This document shows, in pieces, positions 1 to 9,193 of a stretch of DNA of 64,000 bases; positions within the stretch are counted from its first letter, which is position 1, and every line of letters begins with the position of its first letter. The position numbers were made by a program, and so were the translations under genes. The DNA comes from Armatimonadetes bacterium CG2_30_59_28 (GTDB lineage Bacteria; Armatimonadota; Abditibacteriia; CG2-30-59-28), in the NCBI GenBank assembly GCA_001872605.1, contig MNXM01000306.1, forward strand, positions 6,291 through 70,290, given 5' to 3'. The notes below the pieces were generated by a model that saw only the letters and a program-made list of their open reading frames with translations, had not been told where the DNA came from and searched no databases.

Positions 1-240
1 ACCGCCCCCGGGATTGAGGTACGCCGTCCTGCGGTGGAGCAACTGCTGACGATGAAGTTGTCGGCGTGGAGAGATGATGTCGATATCTCGGACGCACGGC
101 GGCTTCTCCGGGAGATCCCTCAAGGGCTGACTCGCGAGCAGGTATGGGTCCTGGTGCAGCCGTACCTCATTCCGGGCAGCGAGTTGAAGGCTCAGTATGC
201 GCTTGAGGATCTGTGGGAGTCTGAATATGGTTGCTGTTGA
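1..240 (+). CDS. C-terminal part of a DUF6036-like nucleotidyltransferase-fold protein (5' truncated by the window)
   Basis: Frame is open from base 1 (TAPGIEVRRPAVEQLLTMKLSAWRDDVDISDARRLL). The 'LLxMKLxAxR..D..D' pattern is typical of DUF6036/AbiEii-like NTase C-termini. Confidence 0.55.
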   Translation, partial: TAPGIEVRRPAVEQLLTMKLSAWRDDVDISDARRLLREIPQGLTREQVWVLVQPYLIPGSELKAQYALEDLWESEYGCC

Positions 241-583
241 GGATATGGCGAAAGCTGCCATTGAGAGGGAGAACCTGACGTTGCGCGTTCTGGCGCAGGA
301 GTTGCTGCGCGAACACCCTCGACTGAGCGACCTCCCTCGGCCGCAAACAGACGACCCACGGCTGCTGTCAGTGGCGGCCGCTTTGGTTGAGTTGTTTGCC
401 ATGCGTCGCCATCAGGACCCACCGGAATGGACCGAAGCCATCGGCCCTTTGACTGAGCCTTTTTTTCTCCTCAACGCTGCAACCAGCATGCGTCGACTGC
501 GTGCTCTTTGTGAAACGCAGTCACCGGAACCATTGCGAAGACGCAGATTGTACGCTCCGCCCAACTTCCTGGAGTTCGCTTGA
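227..583 (+). CDS. Small hypothetical protein, probable partner of the upstream NTase
   Basis: ATG at 227 with GGGAG at 215-219, overlapping the upstream stop. The C-terminus 'PPEW...L.EPFF...SPEPLRRRRLY...FL' resembles proteins encoded beside DUF6036 genes. Confidence 0.6.
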   Translation: MVAVEDMAKAAIERENLTLRVLAQELLREHPRLSDLPRPQTDDPRLLSVAAALVELFAMRRHQDPPEWTEAIGPLTEPFFLLNAATSMRRLRALCETQSPEPLRRRRLYAPPNFLEFA

Positions 584-584
584 A

Positions 585-1394
585 TTGCCAAAGATATCCG
601 TCATTACTCCTACCCGCAATGCCGCCCTTGACTTGTCGGAGACGATCGAGAGCGTCGCCTGCCAGAGCTTCACGGACAGGGAATTCATCGTGGTCGACGG
701 CGGATCGACCGACGGTACGGTTGCACTGCTGCAGCAGCATGGATATGTGATCGACCGCTGGATCAGCGAACCGGACGACGGCGTCTACGATGCCATCAAC
801 AAAGGGATTGACCTTTCCACGGGAGAGTGGCTCTACTTCCTCGGGGCGGGAGACGAACTGGCGGATGAGAGCGTGCTGGAAAGAGTGTGGGAATGCGGAA
901 TGCGGAATGCGGAACGCGGAACGCGTCCCGAGGGATCGGGATCTCCACTCCGCTTCGAGAGTGTGGAACGCGGAGTACACCCGCTGTTCCTATACGGGGA
1001 CGTAATCTGGGGCGAGTCGGGGCAGCGTTACGATGGGCGATTCTCCAAGCTGAAACTGTGCCGGCAGAACATCTGCCACCAGGCGATCTTCTACCACCGA
1101 AGTCTTTTCGACCGGTTCGGCAAGTTCGACACACAATACGAGGTTTGCGCGGACTGGGCGTTCAATCTGAGGTGCTTCGCTGACCCGGTGGTCAGGCCCA
1201 CCCGTCTGAGCACCGTCGTGGCGAGGTTCAAGGGGGGCGGTCTGAGCAGCAGCGTACAGGATGAGTTTCTCGCGAATCGGGAAGGTCTCATCCGGGGGTT
1301 GGGGTGGCGGTATTGGGCGCTGTACCGGGTGAAGCAGGCTCTCAAGTTCAGACGCAGAACCTTTCCGCTGAAACCGACGGACGGCCTCGGATGA
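585..1394 (+). CDS. Glycosyltransferase family 2 (WcaE-like)
   Basis: TTG at 585 after GGAG (571-574). Motifs PKISVITP, IVVDGGSTDGT, SEPDDGVYDAINKG, CHQAIFY. Confidence 0.9.
   Translation: MPKISVITPTRNAALDLSETIESVACQSFTDREFIVVDGGSTDGTVALLQQHGYVIDRWISEPDDGVYDAINKGIDLSTGEWLYFLGAGDELADESVLERVWECGMRNAERGTRPEGSGSPLRFESVERGVHPLFLYGDVIWGESGQRYDGRFSKLKLCRQNICHQAIFYHRSLFDRFGKFDTQYEVCADWAFNLRCFADPVVRPTRLSTVVARFKGGGLSSSVQDEFLANREGLIRGLGWRYWALYRVKQALKFRRRTFPLKPTDGLG
890..924 (+). repeat. Five tandem 7-bp units (GGAATGC x3, GGAACGC x2) inside the GT2 CDS
   Basis: Read directly at 890-924. One more GGAACGC copy lies at 965-971. Confidence 0.9.
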
Positions 1395-2299
1395 AGCTCT
1401 CAATCATCATTATCTCTTTCAATTCGCTTCAGCTTTTGAGAGAGTGCCTGCGATCTCTTTTTGCTGAACCTGTTGACTTCGATTCCGAGGTCATCGTGGT
1501 CGACAACGCTTCATCCGATGGATCAACCGACATGGTTCGTGCGGAGTTCCCCCAAGTGCAACTGCTCGAGAATTCCGAGAACGTGGGGTTCGCAGCCGCA
1601 AACAACATCGGGGCCGGGCGAGCCAGAGGACAGTTACTGCTTCTGCTGAATTCCGACGCGCAACTGACGATGGGTGCGGTGAAGGAGTTGGTCGCCTTCA
1701 TGGAACGTCAACCGGCGGCGGGTGTATCCGGTCCGCGCTTGACCTACCCCGATGGCGCATGGCAGCCCAACGGGCTGGCTTTCCCCACTTTCTGGAGTTG
1801 GCTGGCCGAAGTCAGCGGTCTGACTTCGCAGTCATCTCCCAAGCGACTTGTCCCCACTCCCGTTGATGTCGTATCTGGTGCGTGCATGATGGTCCGCCGT
1901 GCGGCGTGGGAGGCTCTCGGCGGTTTTGACGATGGCTTCTTCTTCTACTGGGAGGATTACGACTTGTGCCGTCGAATTTGGGCACATGGGTGGGAGGTCT
2001 GGTACTGTCCGCAGGCGCACATTGTACATCTCGCTGGAGGCAGCAGCACGCTGGTTCGCTCGATGACTCGCGATGCGGCATCCGAGAGCACGCTTCGCTA
2101 TTTCCGCAAACACCATTCCCGGTGTGTTCTGCTGGCCGTCCTTGCAGTGTTAGTGCTCCGGGAAATCATGAGAATGGGGCAAGGGATGGTGTCGAGACGT
2201 AAGACCCCACGCCACAACCCTTTCGCGCAACTCTTGAGCCGTTTCGCCGCGGTGCAACGTCTCGAAGCGCCTCACCCCAAGAGGGGGCAAGGTGAATGA
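1391..2299 (+). CDS. Glycosyltransferase family 2 (WbbL/rhamnosyltransferase-like)
   Basis: ATGA overlap with the previous stop. Motifs MKLSIIIISFN, VVDNASSDGS, NVGFAAANN, LLLNSD, FFYWEDYDLC. Confidence 0.9.
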   Translation: MKLSIIIISFNSLQLLRECLRSLFAEPVDFDSEVIVVDNASSDGSTDMVRAEFPQVQLLENSENVGFAAANNIGAGRARGQLLLLLNSDAQLTMGAVKELVAFMERQPAAGVSGPRLTYPDGAWQPNGLAFPTFWSWLAEVSGLTSQSSPKRLVPTPVDVVSGACMMVRRAAWEALGGFDDGFFFYWEDYDLCRRIWAHGWEVWYCPQAHIVHLAGGSSTLVRSMTRDAASESTLRYFRKHHSRCVLLAVLAVLVLREIMRMGQGMVSRRKTPRHNPFAQLLSRFAAVQRLEAPHPKRGQGE

Positions 2300-3162
2300 G
2301 ACCGCCGGAGCAAATGCCGCTGACGGCGGCCTACGAGGCCGTCTGGCGCAAGCAGAGCGACTCTGCAAGCGTAGAGTGCCTTCTGTCCCGACGCCGAGAG
2401 CATGCCCGCGACTTGCAGACGTTCTATGGCCGGTGCTTGGGCAGACTTTCTACGTCCTGCCCCAAGTGCTTGGAGGTTGCTTGCGGCACGGCAATTCAGT
2501 CCTACTTTCTCGCTGAAATCGATGGTGTGCAAACCGTCGCACTGGACTTGGTTCCCGCGGCGATTCGGTTTGCCATTCAATTTGCTTCTCACCTCCCGAA
2601 CCGCCCCCGGTTTCTCGTTGGAGACGCCGCCCGGCTTCCTTTTGCAGATCACTCGTTTGACCTCGTCTTTAGTTGTGGCTTTCTCGAGCACTTCACCGAC
2701 CCGATGCCGTTCATAGAAGAGCAGATGCGGGTTCTCACGCCGAAAGGTGTGTTGGTTATTGATGTGCCGCAGAAGTTCAATCCATACACGTTCGTTAAGC
2801 GGTCCCTGATCAGAAAAGGTAAGTGGGAGTATGGTTGGGAAACCGAGTACGCATACGGAGAGTTGCGGACCCTCGGACACAAACTCGGCCTGCGCGTGGT
2901 GGGGCGCGTTGGGTATGGCTACAACTTGCGGAGAGACGGGGGCATCGGTCTGTTGCGCTACCTACCCAGACGGATTGCAGAACGGACGCACGCCGGCCCG
3001 TTCGGACCGCTCTTCTCCAGTCTGGCAAGTGTAGCGGACCAGTTGTGGGCCGGTCCTGAGCAGAGGTGGGGGCACTTGTTTCTTGTGTCCATCGCGGTGG
3101 CTTTCCAGCGTCGGTGCGATATTGATGACCGTGTCGCTGCGGATTTGCCATTCATAAAATGA
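2296..3162 (+). CDS. Class I SAM-dependent methyltransferase
   Basis: Motif I LEVACGT, followed by GDAARLPFADHSFDLV, LEHF and RVLTPKG. Confidence 0.85.
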   Translation: MRPPEQMPLTAAYEAVWRKQSDSASVECLLSRRREHARDLQTFYGRCLGRLSTSCPKCLEVACGTAIQSYFLAEIDGVQTVALDLVPAAIRFAIQFASHLPNRPRFLVGDAARLPFADHSFDLVFSCGFLEHFTDPMPFIEEQMRVLTPKGVLVIDVPQKFNPYTFVKRSLIRKGKWEYGWETEYAYGELRTLGHKLGLRVVGRVGYGYNLRRDGGIGLLRYLPRRIAERTHAGPFGPLFSSLASVADQLWAGPEQRWGHLFLVSIAVAFQRRCDIDDRVAADLPFIK

Positions 3163-3420
3163 CGCGTTTCTCTGACGCTCACTACCATCGGTCTTGCCCT
3201 GAGGACGCGCAGTACGCTGGAACATACGAAAGACCAGAATGCGATAGGCAACTGGATCATTGATCGGCCCGAAATGAAAGTGCACGACTGCACCGTTTGT
3301 GTCGTTGAGTTGAGCAATTACCATCAGTTCGGCGATGGCCTTATCAGACCCGATCACGAATGTTGCTTGTCTGCGGACGTGGATTGCACGGAGTTCGGGG
3401 TCAAGGGCAATAGGAAAATC

Positions 3421-3452
3421 CATAGCCCTTACCGAGCACGGCAAGGGCTATG
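3421..3452. other. Strong inverted repeat/hairpin in the intergenic region
   Basis: CATAGCCCTT (3421-3430) and AAGGGCTATG (3443-3452) are a perfect 10-bp inverted repeat, extended inward by CCG/CGG around an AGCA loop. Confidence 0.6.
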
Positions 3453-3855
3453 CGACAACGCTCAACCTTAAGTTCATTTCCGTTGTTCACGATCAAAATC
3501 TGGCGGAATCAGCCGGGAATATCGGGCACTGACACGCATCACGCGTCCTTCTACGCAGGCAATAACGGACGCCCCCCCCCTCGGATTCATTCCGGGGGGA
3601 TTTGGAGGATTGGCTGGTAGAAGAAGCGCAGACCTAACAATCCGCTCCTACGAGTCGCACGACCGAAACGAGTTCGGTGGGATTCCTCCGAACAGTTTTC
3701 GGAGCTGAGCGAACAAGCACTATCACAAATCTGACTTGCCCCCCCGTTCCTCCAAAAATGCGGATTTCGAAGTGCGGAATGAATCGCATCCTTCCACGCT
3801 GGATTTTCGTCTCGCGTGACGCCGACAGGTTGGTATGGATGATTCCTCCCGTCAA

Positions 3856-3884
3856 TTGACCCCCCCGAAACACGTTGCTATAAT
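3856..3884 (+). promoter_or_regulatory. sigma70-type promoter for the galT-HK-RR-glgC unit
   Basis: TTGACC (3856-3861), 17-bp spacer, TATAAT (3879-3884) with a TGn extended -10. It lies about 40 nt upstream of the ATG at 3924. Confidence 0.8.
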
Positions 3885-3923
3885 GGGCTTGCTTTTATTC
3901 TTGCATATTGGAGCGGGCGTCTC

Positions 3924-4961
3924 ATGCCTGAATTGCGTAAGGACCCGGTGGTGGATCGGTGGGTCATCATCGCCACGGAGCGGGGTCAGCGACCGTACGA
4001 TTTCAATCCGGAGCAGGTTACCGCGGGGACCGGTTTCTGCCCTTTCTGTGAGGGCAATGAGAACAAAACCCCTCCAGAAGTCTGGGCCATTCGCAGCTCG
4101 GGAAGCGCCCCAAACTCGCCCGGATGGCAGATAAGGGTGATCCCCAACAAGTTCCCCGCACTGGCGATCGAGGGAGAGCTCAACCGGCAGGGACTGGGAA
4201 TGTTCGACATGATGAACGGCGTCGGCGCTCACGAGATCATCGTCGAGTCGCCGGACCACGGCTGGAAGGTATCTGATGCCTCTGAAAGCAAGCTGTTCGA
4301 TATATTCCGGAGCTACCGAGAGCGCATTACTGACCTGCAGAAGGACACGCGTTTCCGGTATTGCATGGTCTTCCGCAACTACGGCGCGGCCGCGGGAGCC
4401 TCGCTCGCTCATCCGCATTCGCAACTGATTGCGTTGGCGATTACGCCAAAGCGTGTGAAGGAAGAGCTCCATTCCGCCAAGGAGTGGTACCATGAGAAAG
4501 AGCGGTGCATCTTCTGCGACGTGATTCGACAGGAGTTGGTCATGGGAGACCGGGTTGTTTTGGACAATGAGCATTTCGTCGTTCTTTCACCCTTTGCCGC
4601 TCGATTCCCATTCGAGCTGGCGATATACCCCAAACGCCACTGTCACGATTTCACCTTGATGGGAGACGACGAGAGGCGCAGTCTGGCAGGAACTCTCAGG
4701 GAGACCTTGAAGCGCATTGCGGTTACGTTGCAGGACCCTCCCTACAACTACATTCTGCACACCTGCCCCAATACCACGCATGGAACCGGACCGACGCGCG
4801 TGAACTACTGGCTAACTCTGGAGCACGACTTCCACTGGCACCTTGAGATTGTGCCGAGGTTAACACGAATAGCCGGTTTTGAGTGGGGAACCGGATTCTA
4901 CATCAATCCCGTTGCTCCGGAGAATTCGACTCGATTTCTCCGGGAGGCCGAGCTGGAATGA
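3924..4961 (+). CDS. galT: GalT-family (HIT) nucleotidyltransferase: galactose-1-phosphate uridylyltransferase or ADP-glucose phosphorylase-like
   Basis: Motifs MPELRKDP..WVIIATER..RP, CPFCEGNE, AGASLAHPHSQ (catalytic HxHxQ) and HWHLEIVPRL..AGFEWGTG. Confidence 0.9.
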   Translation: MPELRKDPVVDRWVIIATERGQRPYDFNPEQVTAGTGFCPFCEGNENKTPPEVWAIRSSGSAPNSPGWQIRVIPNKFPALAIEGELNRQGLGMFDMMNGVGAHEIIVESPDHGWKVSDASESKLFDIFRSYRERITDLQKDTRFRYCMVFRNYGAAAGASLAHPHSQLIALAITPKRVKEELHSAKEWYHEKERCIFCDVIRQELVMGDRVVLDNEHFVVLSPFAARFPFELAIYPKRHCHDFTLMGDDERRSLAGTLRETLKRIAVTLQDPPYNYILHTCPNTTHGTGPTRVNYWLTLEHDFHWHLEIVPRLTRIAGFEWGTGFYINPVAPENSTRFLREAELE

Positions 4962-5003
4962 ACCGCCTGAGGGACGACAAGACGACTGGCACAGGTTGAC
5001 ATC

Positions 5004-7412
5004 ATGGACAACGCTACGGACTACGTAACAGAACTCGGTGAGAGCGGAATCGATCCCGGGGCTCACGCTCAACTCCTCGACTACCTGAAGCAACTCGAGG
5101 CGAACCTGGAGCGGCGGTCAGAAGAATTATCCGCGTTGCAGCGACGGTACAAGGAGCTTTTCGAGGCGGAGCAAAAGAAAACGCAAGAGCTTGCGATGCT
5201 GGCAGAAATCGGGGAAGGCGCGCTCGCCCATCACAACGTTGACGACTACATCCACGCTGCGGTAACGGCAATGCAACGGAATTTCAACTACTTCGATGTT
5301 GCTCTCTTTCTCGTCGATCAAAGCGCGAACGAGGTGGCGCTTCAGAGTCAGTCCGGCGGGTACTGCAGGGCCGCGCAGGAGGGTTACCGTCAATCCCTTG
5401 ATGTCGGTATCGTCGGCTGGGCGGCCACGACCGGAGAAGCGCTGCTCTCCAACAACGTGAAGGAAGAGCCGCGGTTCTACTGCGCCTTTCCGGAAGAGCA
5501 GCGGACGCAATCCGAGCTGTCGGTGCCGATTAAAATTGGTAACATCGTGAGAGGCGTAATCGATGTCCAAAGCCAGAAAGAGAACGCCTTCGCCTCCCGA
5601 GACGTGAGCGTTCTGCAAACGGTCGCCGACCAGATGGCCACGGCCATCGAGAATGCGCAGTTGTACGAGCAAATGGTGCTTCTAAAAAGATTTAGCGAAA
5701 CGATTGTGGCTTCCTTGCCTTCCGCCGTTTTAGTGGTGGATCGAGAATTGAGGCTTGTGCTCGCGAATCGGATATTCTGTGAGGAGGTGGGATCCGAAGA
5801 AGACGAGATCCGTGGGCAGCCCCTCGAAAGTATTCTCAGCCCCGTTCTGCTGCACGATGCAGGACTGCTGGACGCGATTCGCCAGACCATTGAAAGCGGC
5901 CAACCGCTCTGGCTTGGGGACGTAGCCTACCTTTGTGGAACCGGTGAGGAGTGCGTGGCGGATGTCCGTCTGACCCCGCTCGGGACATCGAATGAGGGCC
6001 GGTTACTGATTACCATCCGTGATGTCACGCAGCGAGCTCGACAGATCGCCCAGTTGTCGTTGTTGCACGACATGGGGGGACTCCTGCAGCGGTCACTGGA
6101 TCGGGATAGGCTGCTCTACACTCTGTTGACTTGTATCACGGCCGGCCCGGCTCTTGGGTTCAACCGGGGTTTTGTGTTGCTGCCGGATGAGCAGGGGGAG
6201 AACCTGCGAGGAGAGATGGCCGTGGGGCCGGTCACGGTTGAGGAGGCGCATCGCATCTGGGCGGAAGTCGGGAAGCGACACCGCGGACTCCAGGACCTCG
6301 TGGAGGCCTTCGCTCCTGAACAGATCGAGATGACGGATATTCAGCGACTGGTTTGCGGGATGCGTTTCTCGTTGAAGGAGTCGCCCTCAGCGATCCTCTC
6401 CCGCGTGATGCGGGAGAGCACAACCTTCAGAGTGGCCACCGACGCGGTGCGGCGTGACCTGTGTTACCCATACGGAGACGTCCTGCGAACGCAGGAGTTT
6501 GCCGCGGCGCCTCTCATTGCAGGGAGCCGAATCCTGGGGGTTGTGCTCGCGGATAATGCTTTCAACCAGGAACCGATTGTGGAAGAGGATCTGAAGCTGC
6601 TGACGACGCTCTGTAACCAGGCCGGTCTCGCTATATCCAACGCCATCGCTCACGCGCAGATTGAGGATCATGCCGATGAACTGGCGAAAGCCTACCAACG
6701 ACTGCGGGAGGCGCACCAGGAGCTTGTGCGGCAGGAGAAACTCGTAACCGTTGGAGAGATGGCAGCACGCGTGAGTCATGAAATCCGCAATCCCCTCGCC
6801 ACCATCGGAGGATTTGCCCGGTCGATGCTCAAGAACCCAGACGACGTAAGTCGCGTTAAGAGCGATGCCAGCATCATCGTCGAAGAGGTTGAGGAGTTGG
6901 AGGGGATCTTGGGGAACATGCTCGACCTAACACGTCCCAGCGGGCCCGCGTGTCGGTTGGAAAACGTTAACTCCATCGTGGAACATGCCTGCCTGATGGC
7001 GCGATCCGACTTCCAGAAATACCCCGTCTCGCTGGTGAAGCAACTGGACGACTACCTGCCGGAAGTCTTTGTGGATGCCCGCCAGATACAGCAGGGGTTG
7101 CTGAATGTTATTCGGAATGGACTCCAGGCGATGCCCGAAGGAGGTGAGTTGACGGTGGCTACGGCGTCCGAGGAAGACGGCGTTGTTGTCAGTATCACGG
7201 ACCATGGCGAGGGAATTCCGCCGGATGTCAGGGACAATATCTTTACTCCGTTCTACACCACCAAGGTGCAGGGAACCGGACTCGGGCTGGCCGTGACCAG
7301 AAAGATTATGGACGATCACCACGGCACTATCGAGGCGCAAAGTGAAGAAGGAGTTGGAACGACGTTCATCCTGAAAGTGCCCTACACGCAACCAGTCGAG
7401 GGAACGCCATAG
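5004..7412 (+). CDS. Cytoplasmic sensor histidine kinase (GAF-PAS-GAF-HisKA-HATPase)
   Basis: GAF (SELSVPIK...GVIDVQS), PAS-like middle region and second GAF (FAAAPL...GVVLADN). H-box SHEIRNPL, then NGLQAM, DHGEGI, FYTTK and GTGLGL. Confidence 0.92.
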   Translation: MDNATDYVTELGESGIDPGAHAQLLDYLKQLEANLERRSEELSALQRRYKELFEAEQKKTQELAMLAEIGEGALAHHNVDDYIHAAVTAMQRNFNYFDVALFLVDQSANEVALQSQSGGYCRAAQEGYRQSLDVGIVGWAATTGEALLSNNVKEEPRFYCAFPEEQRTQSELSVPIKIGNIVRGVIDVQSQKENAFASRDVSVLQTVADQMATAIENAQLYEQMVLLKRFSETIVASLPSAVLVVDRELRLVLANRIFCEEVGSEEDEIRGQPLESILSPVLLHDAGLLDAIRQTIESGQPLWLGDVAYLCGTGEECVADVRLTPLGTSNEGRLLITIRDVTQRARQIAQLSLLHDMGGLLQRSLDRDRLLYTLLTCITAGPALGFNRGFVLLPDEQGENLRGEMAVGPVTVEEAHRIWAEVGKRHRGLQDLVEAFAPEQIEMTDIQRLVCGMRFSLKESPSAILSRVMRESTTFRVATDAVRRDLCYPYGDVLRTQEFAAAPLIAGSRILGVVLADNAFNQEPIVEEDLKLLTTLCNQAGLAISNAIAHAQIEDHADELAKAYQRLREAHQELVRQEKLVTVGEMAARVSHEIRNPLATIGGFARSMLKNPDDVSRVKSDASIIVEEVEELEGILGNMLDLTRPSGPACRLENVNSIVEHACLMARSDFQKYPVSLVKQLDDYLPEVFVDARQIQQGLLNVIRNGLQAMPEGGELTVATASEEDGVVVSITDHGEGIPPDVRDNIFTPFYTTKVQGTGLGLAVTRKIMDDHHGTIEAQSEEGVGTTFILKVPYTQPVEGTP

Positions 7413-7496
7413 AACTGCGGCTCAAGAGAGCGACCGTCCATGCAATGGAGTGGAAGACGGGTGGGAGACACATACTTCAAGGGAGATGATGCTACC

Positions 7497-7868
7497 GTGA
7501 AGACAGTTCTGGTGGTCGAGGACCACAAGCACGAGCGTATCCTGTATGAACGTGAGTTGACAGCAGAGGGTTACCGCGTGATTCTGGCTGAGAACGGGAG
7601 GGAAGCGCTCCAAAAGACCCAGGAAGAGCGACCGGATGCGGTGGTGCTGGACATCAACATGCCTCAGATGGATGGTCTTGAGGCGCTGGGAAGGATCCTG
7701 GAAGCGCACCACAAGACACCGGTAATCATCAACACGGCCTACTCCAGCTACAAAGGAAGCTTCATGAGCTGGGCCGCCGACGCTTACGTTATCAAGTCCT
7801 CGGATTTGACCGAGTTGAAGGATCGACTCAGAGAGGCCCTGTCCAGAGGCGAAACGGAAGGTGTGTGA
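7497..7868 (+). CDS. Single-domain response regulator (receiver only)
   Basis: GTG at 7497 after GGGAGA. Motifs VLVVED, phospho-acceptor in VLDINMP, INTAY and YVIKS. No output domain. Confidence 0.9.
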   Translation: MKTVLVVEDHKHERILYERELTAEGYRVILAENGREALQKTQEERPDAVVLDINMPQMDGLEALGRILEAHHKTPVIINTAYSSYKGSFMSWAADAYVIKSSDLTELKDRLREALSRGETEGV

Positions 7869-9123
7869 TTTATTGGCCCCAGTGAGCACACGTCAGTTAC
7901 TCAAAGAAACCATAGCGATGGTTCTGGCAGGTGGGCAGGGCGAACGTCTCCATCCTCTGACAAAAGACCGCGCCAAACCCGCGGTGCCTTTTGGGGGCAT
8001 CTATCGTCTCATCGACTTCACTCTGTCAAACTGCCTCAATTCCGGTATCCGCAAGATCAACGTTCTAACGCAATACAAGTCCTACTCGCTGGCGCGCCAC
8101 TTGAGGATGGGATGGAGTGTCTTCAACAGCGAGCTGAACGAATTCCTGGAGGTGATCCCTCCGCAGCAGCGTTACACCGAGCGCTGGTATCAGGGAACAG
8201 CCGACGCGATTTTTCAGAATATTTACTCACTGGAATTGGAACGTCCCCGGCTCGTGCTGATTCTTTCGGGGGACCACATCTACAAGATGGACTATCGGGA
8301 GTTGATCCGCGCCCATCGAGACAAGGAAGCAGGATTGACCGTCGCGTGCGTGGAGGCCCCGGTGAACGACGCGCGCAGGTTGGGTGTGGCCCAGGTGGAC
8401 AACGACAGTCGCATTACCGGCTTCCAGGAGAAGCCCCTCAACCCGCAGCCTATGCCAGGCGACCCCGAGCATTGTCTCGCCTCGATGGGTGTGTACCTCT
8501 TTGACTGCGGGGTGCTTGTGCAGCGCGTGATCGAGGATATGAAAACCGACAGCGACCACGACTTCGGGAAGAACATCATCCCTCGAATGATTGAGACCGA
8601 TCGTGTCTACGCATGGAACTTTAAAGACGAGAACCGAAAGACCGTCAAGTACTGGAGGGACATTGGCACGCTGGACAGCTATTACGACGCCAACATGGAT
8701 CTGGTGCAGATCGACCCGCTCTTCAATTTGTATGACGAGGGGTGGCCGGTCCGCACGTACCAGCATCAGCGTCCTCCGGCCAAGACGGCCTTCGAGGAAC
8801 CGGGCACAGGCAGGACGGGAAACGTGTTCAACTCAATCATGTCGAGCGGTTGCATTGTTTCGGGTGCGACGGTTCGTCGCTCCATCCTTTCGCCCAGCGT
8901 GTTTGTTCATAGCTACGCAACCATTGAGGACTCCATTCTGATGGAGAATGTGGAGGTTCATCGTCATGCCCGCATCCGACGCGCCATTATTGACAAGCAA
9001 GTCGCCATCCCCGAGGAAGAGGAGATCGGGTACAACTCCGACATCGACAGGAAGCGTTTTACCGTCACCGAGTCCGGTCTTGTCGTCATTCCCAAGGGCA
9101 TGTCGTTGAGGAACACTCCGTGA
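7861..9123 (+). CDS. glgC: Glucose-1-phosphate adenylyltransferase (ADP-glucose pyrophosphorylase)
   Basis: Motifs VLAGGQGERL.PLT.DRAKPAVPFGG.YRLIDF, WYQGTADA, GDHIYKMDY, ASMGVY, DFGKNII and YWRDIGT. Exact start codon uncertain. Confidence 0.95.
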   Translation: MCDLLAPVSTRQLLKETIAMVLAGGQGERLHPLTKDRAKPAVPFGGIYRLIDFTLSNCLNSGIRKINVLTQYKSYSLARHLRMGWSVFNSELNEFLEVIPPQQRYTERWYQGTADAIFQNIYSLELERPRLVLILSGDHIYKMDYRELIRAHRDKEAGLTVACVEAPVNDARRLGVAQVDNDSRITGFQEKPLNPQPMPGDPEHCLASMGVYLFDCGVLVQRVIEDMKTDSDHDFGKNIIPRMIETDRVYAWNFKDENRKTVKYWRDIGTLDSYYDANMDLVQIDPLFNLYDEGWPVRTYQHQRPPAKTAFEEPGTGRTGNVFNSIMSSGCIVSGATVRRSILSPSVFVHSYATIEDSILMENVEVHRHARIRRAIIDKQVAIPEEEEIGYNSDIDRKRFTVTESGLVVIPKGMSLRNTP

Positions 9124-9193
9124 CACCCCTCCTGACGCACTCGGAGCTCTGCCCTGATTCATAGCTACGGCGCAGTATTGACACGTTTCCCGC

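Noticed and set aside
3160..3471. Selenocysteine or stop read-through of the methyltransferase TGA (the frame stays open for about 100 codons)
   Set aside because: The methyltransferase domain is complete before the TGA, no SECIS is recognisable, and the extension has no recognisable motif.
3661..3712. Hammerhead-ribozyme-like arrangement (GAAA ... stem ... CTGA)
   Set aside because: The core reads CTGAGCGA rather than CUGANGA, and stem III cannot pair (GAAAC would need GUH but the site is UUC).
3632..3715. attC-like integron site starting ACCTAAC
   Set aside because: There is no matching GTTRRRY end box, no array of such sites and no integrase in the window.
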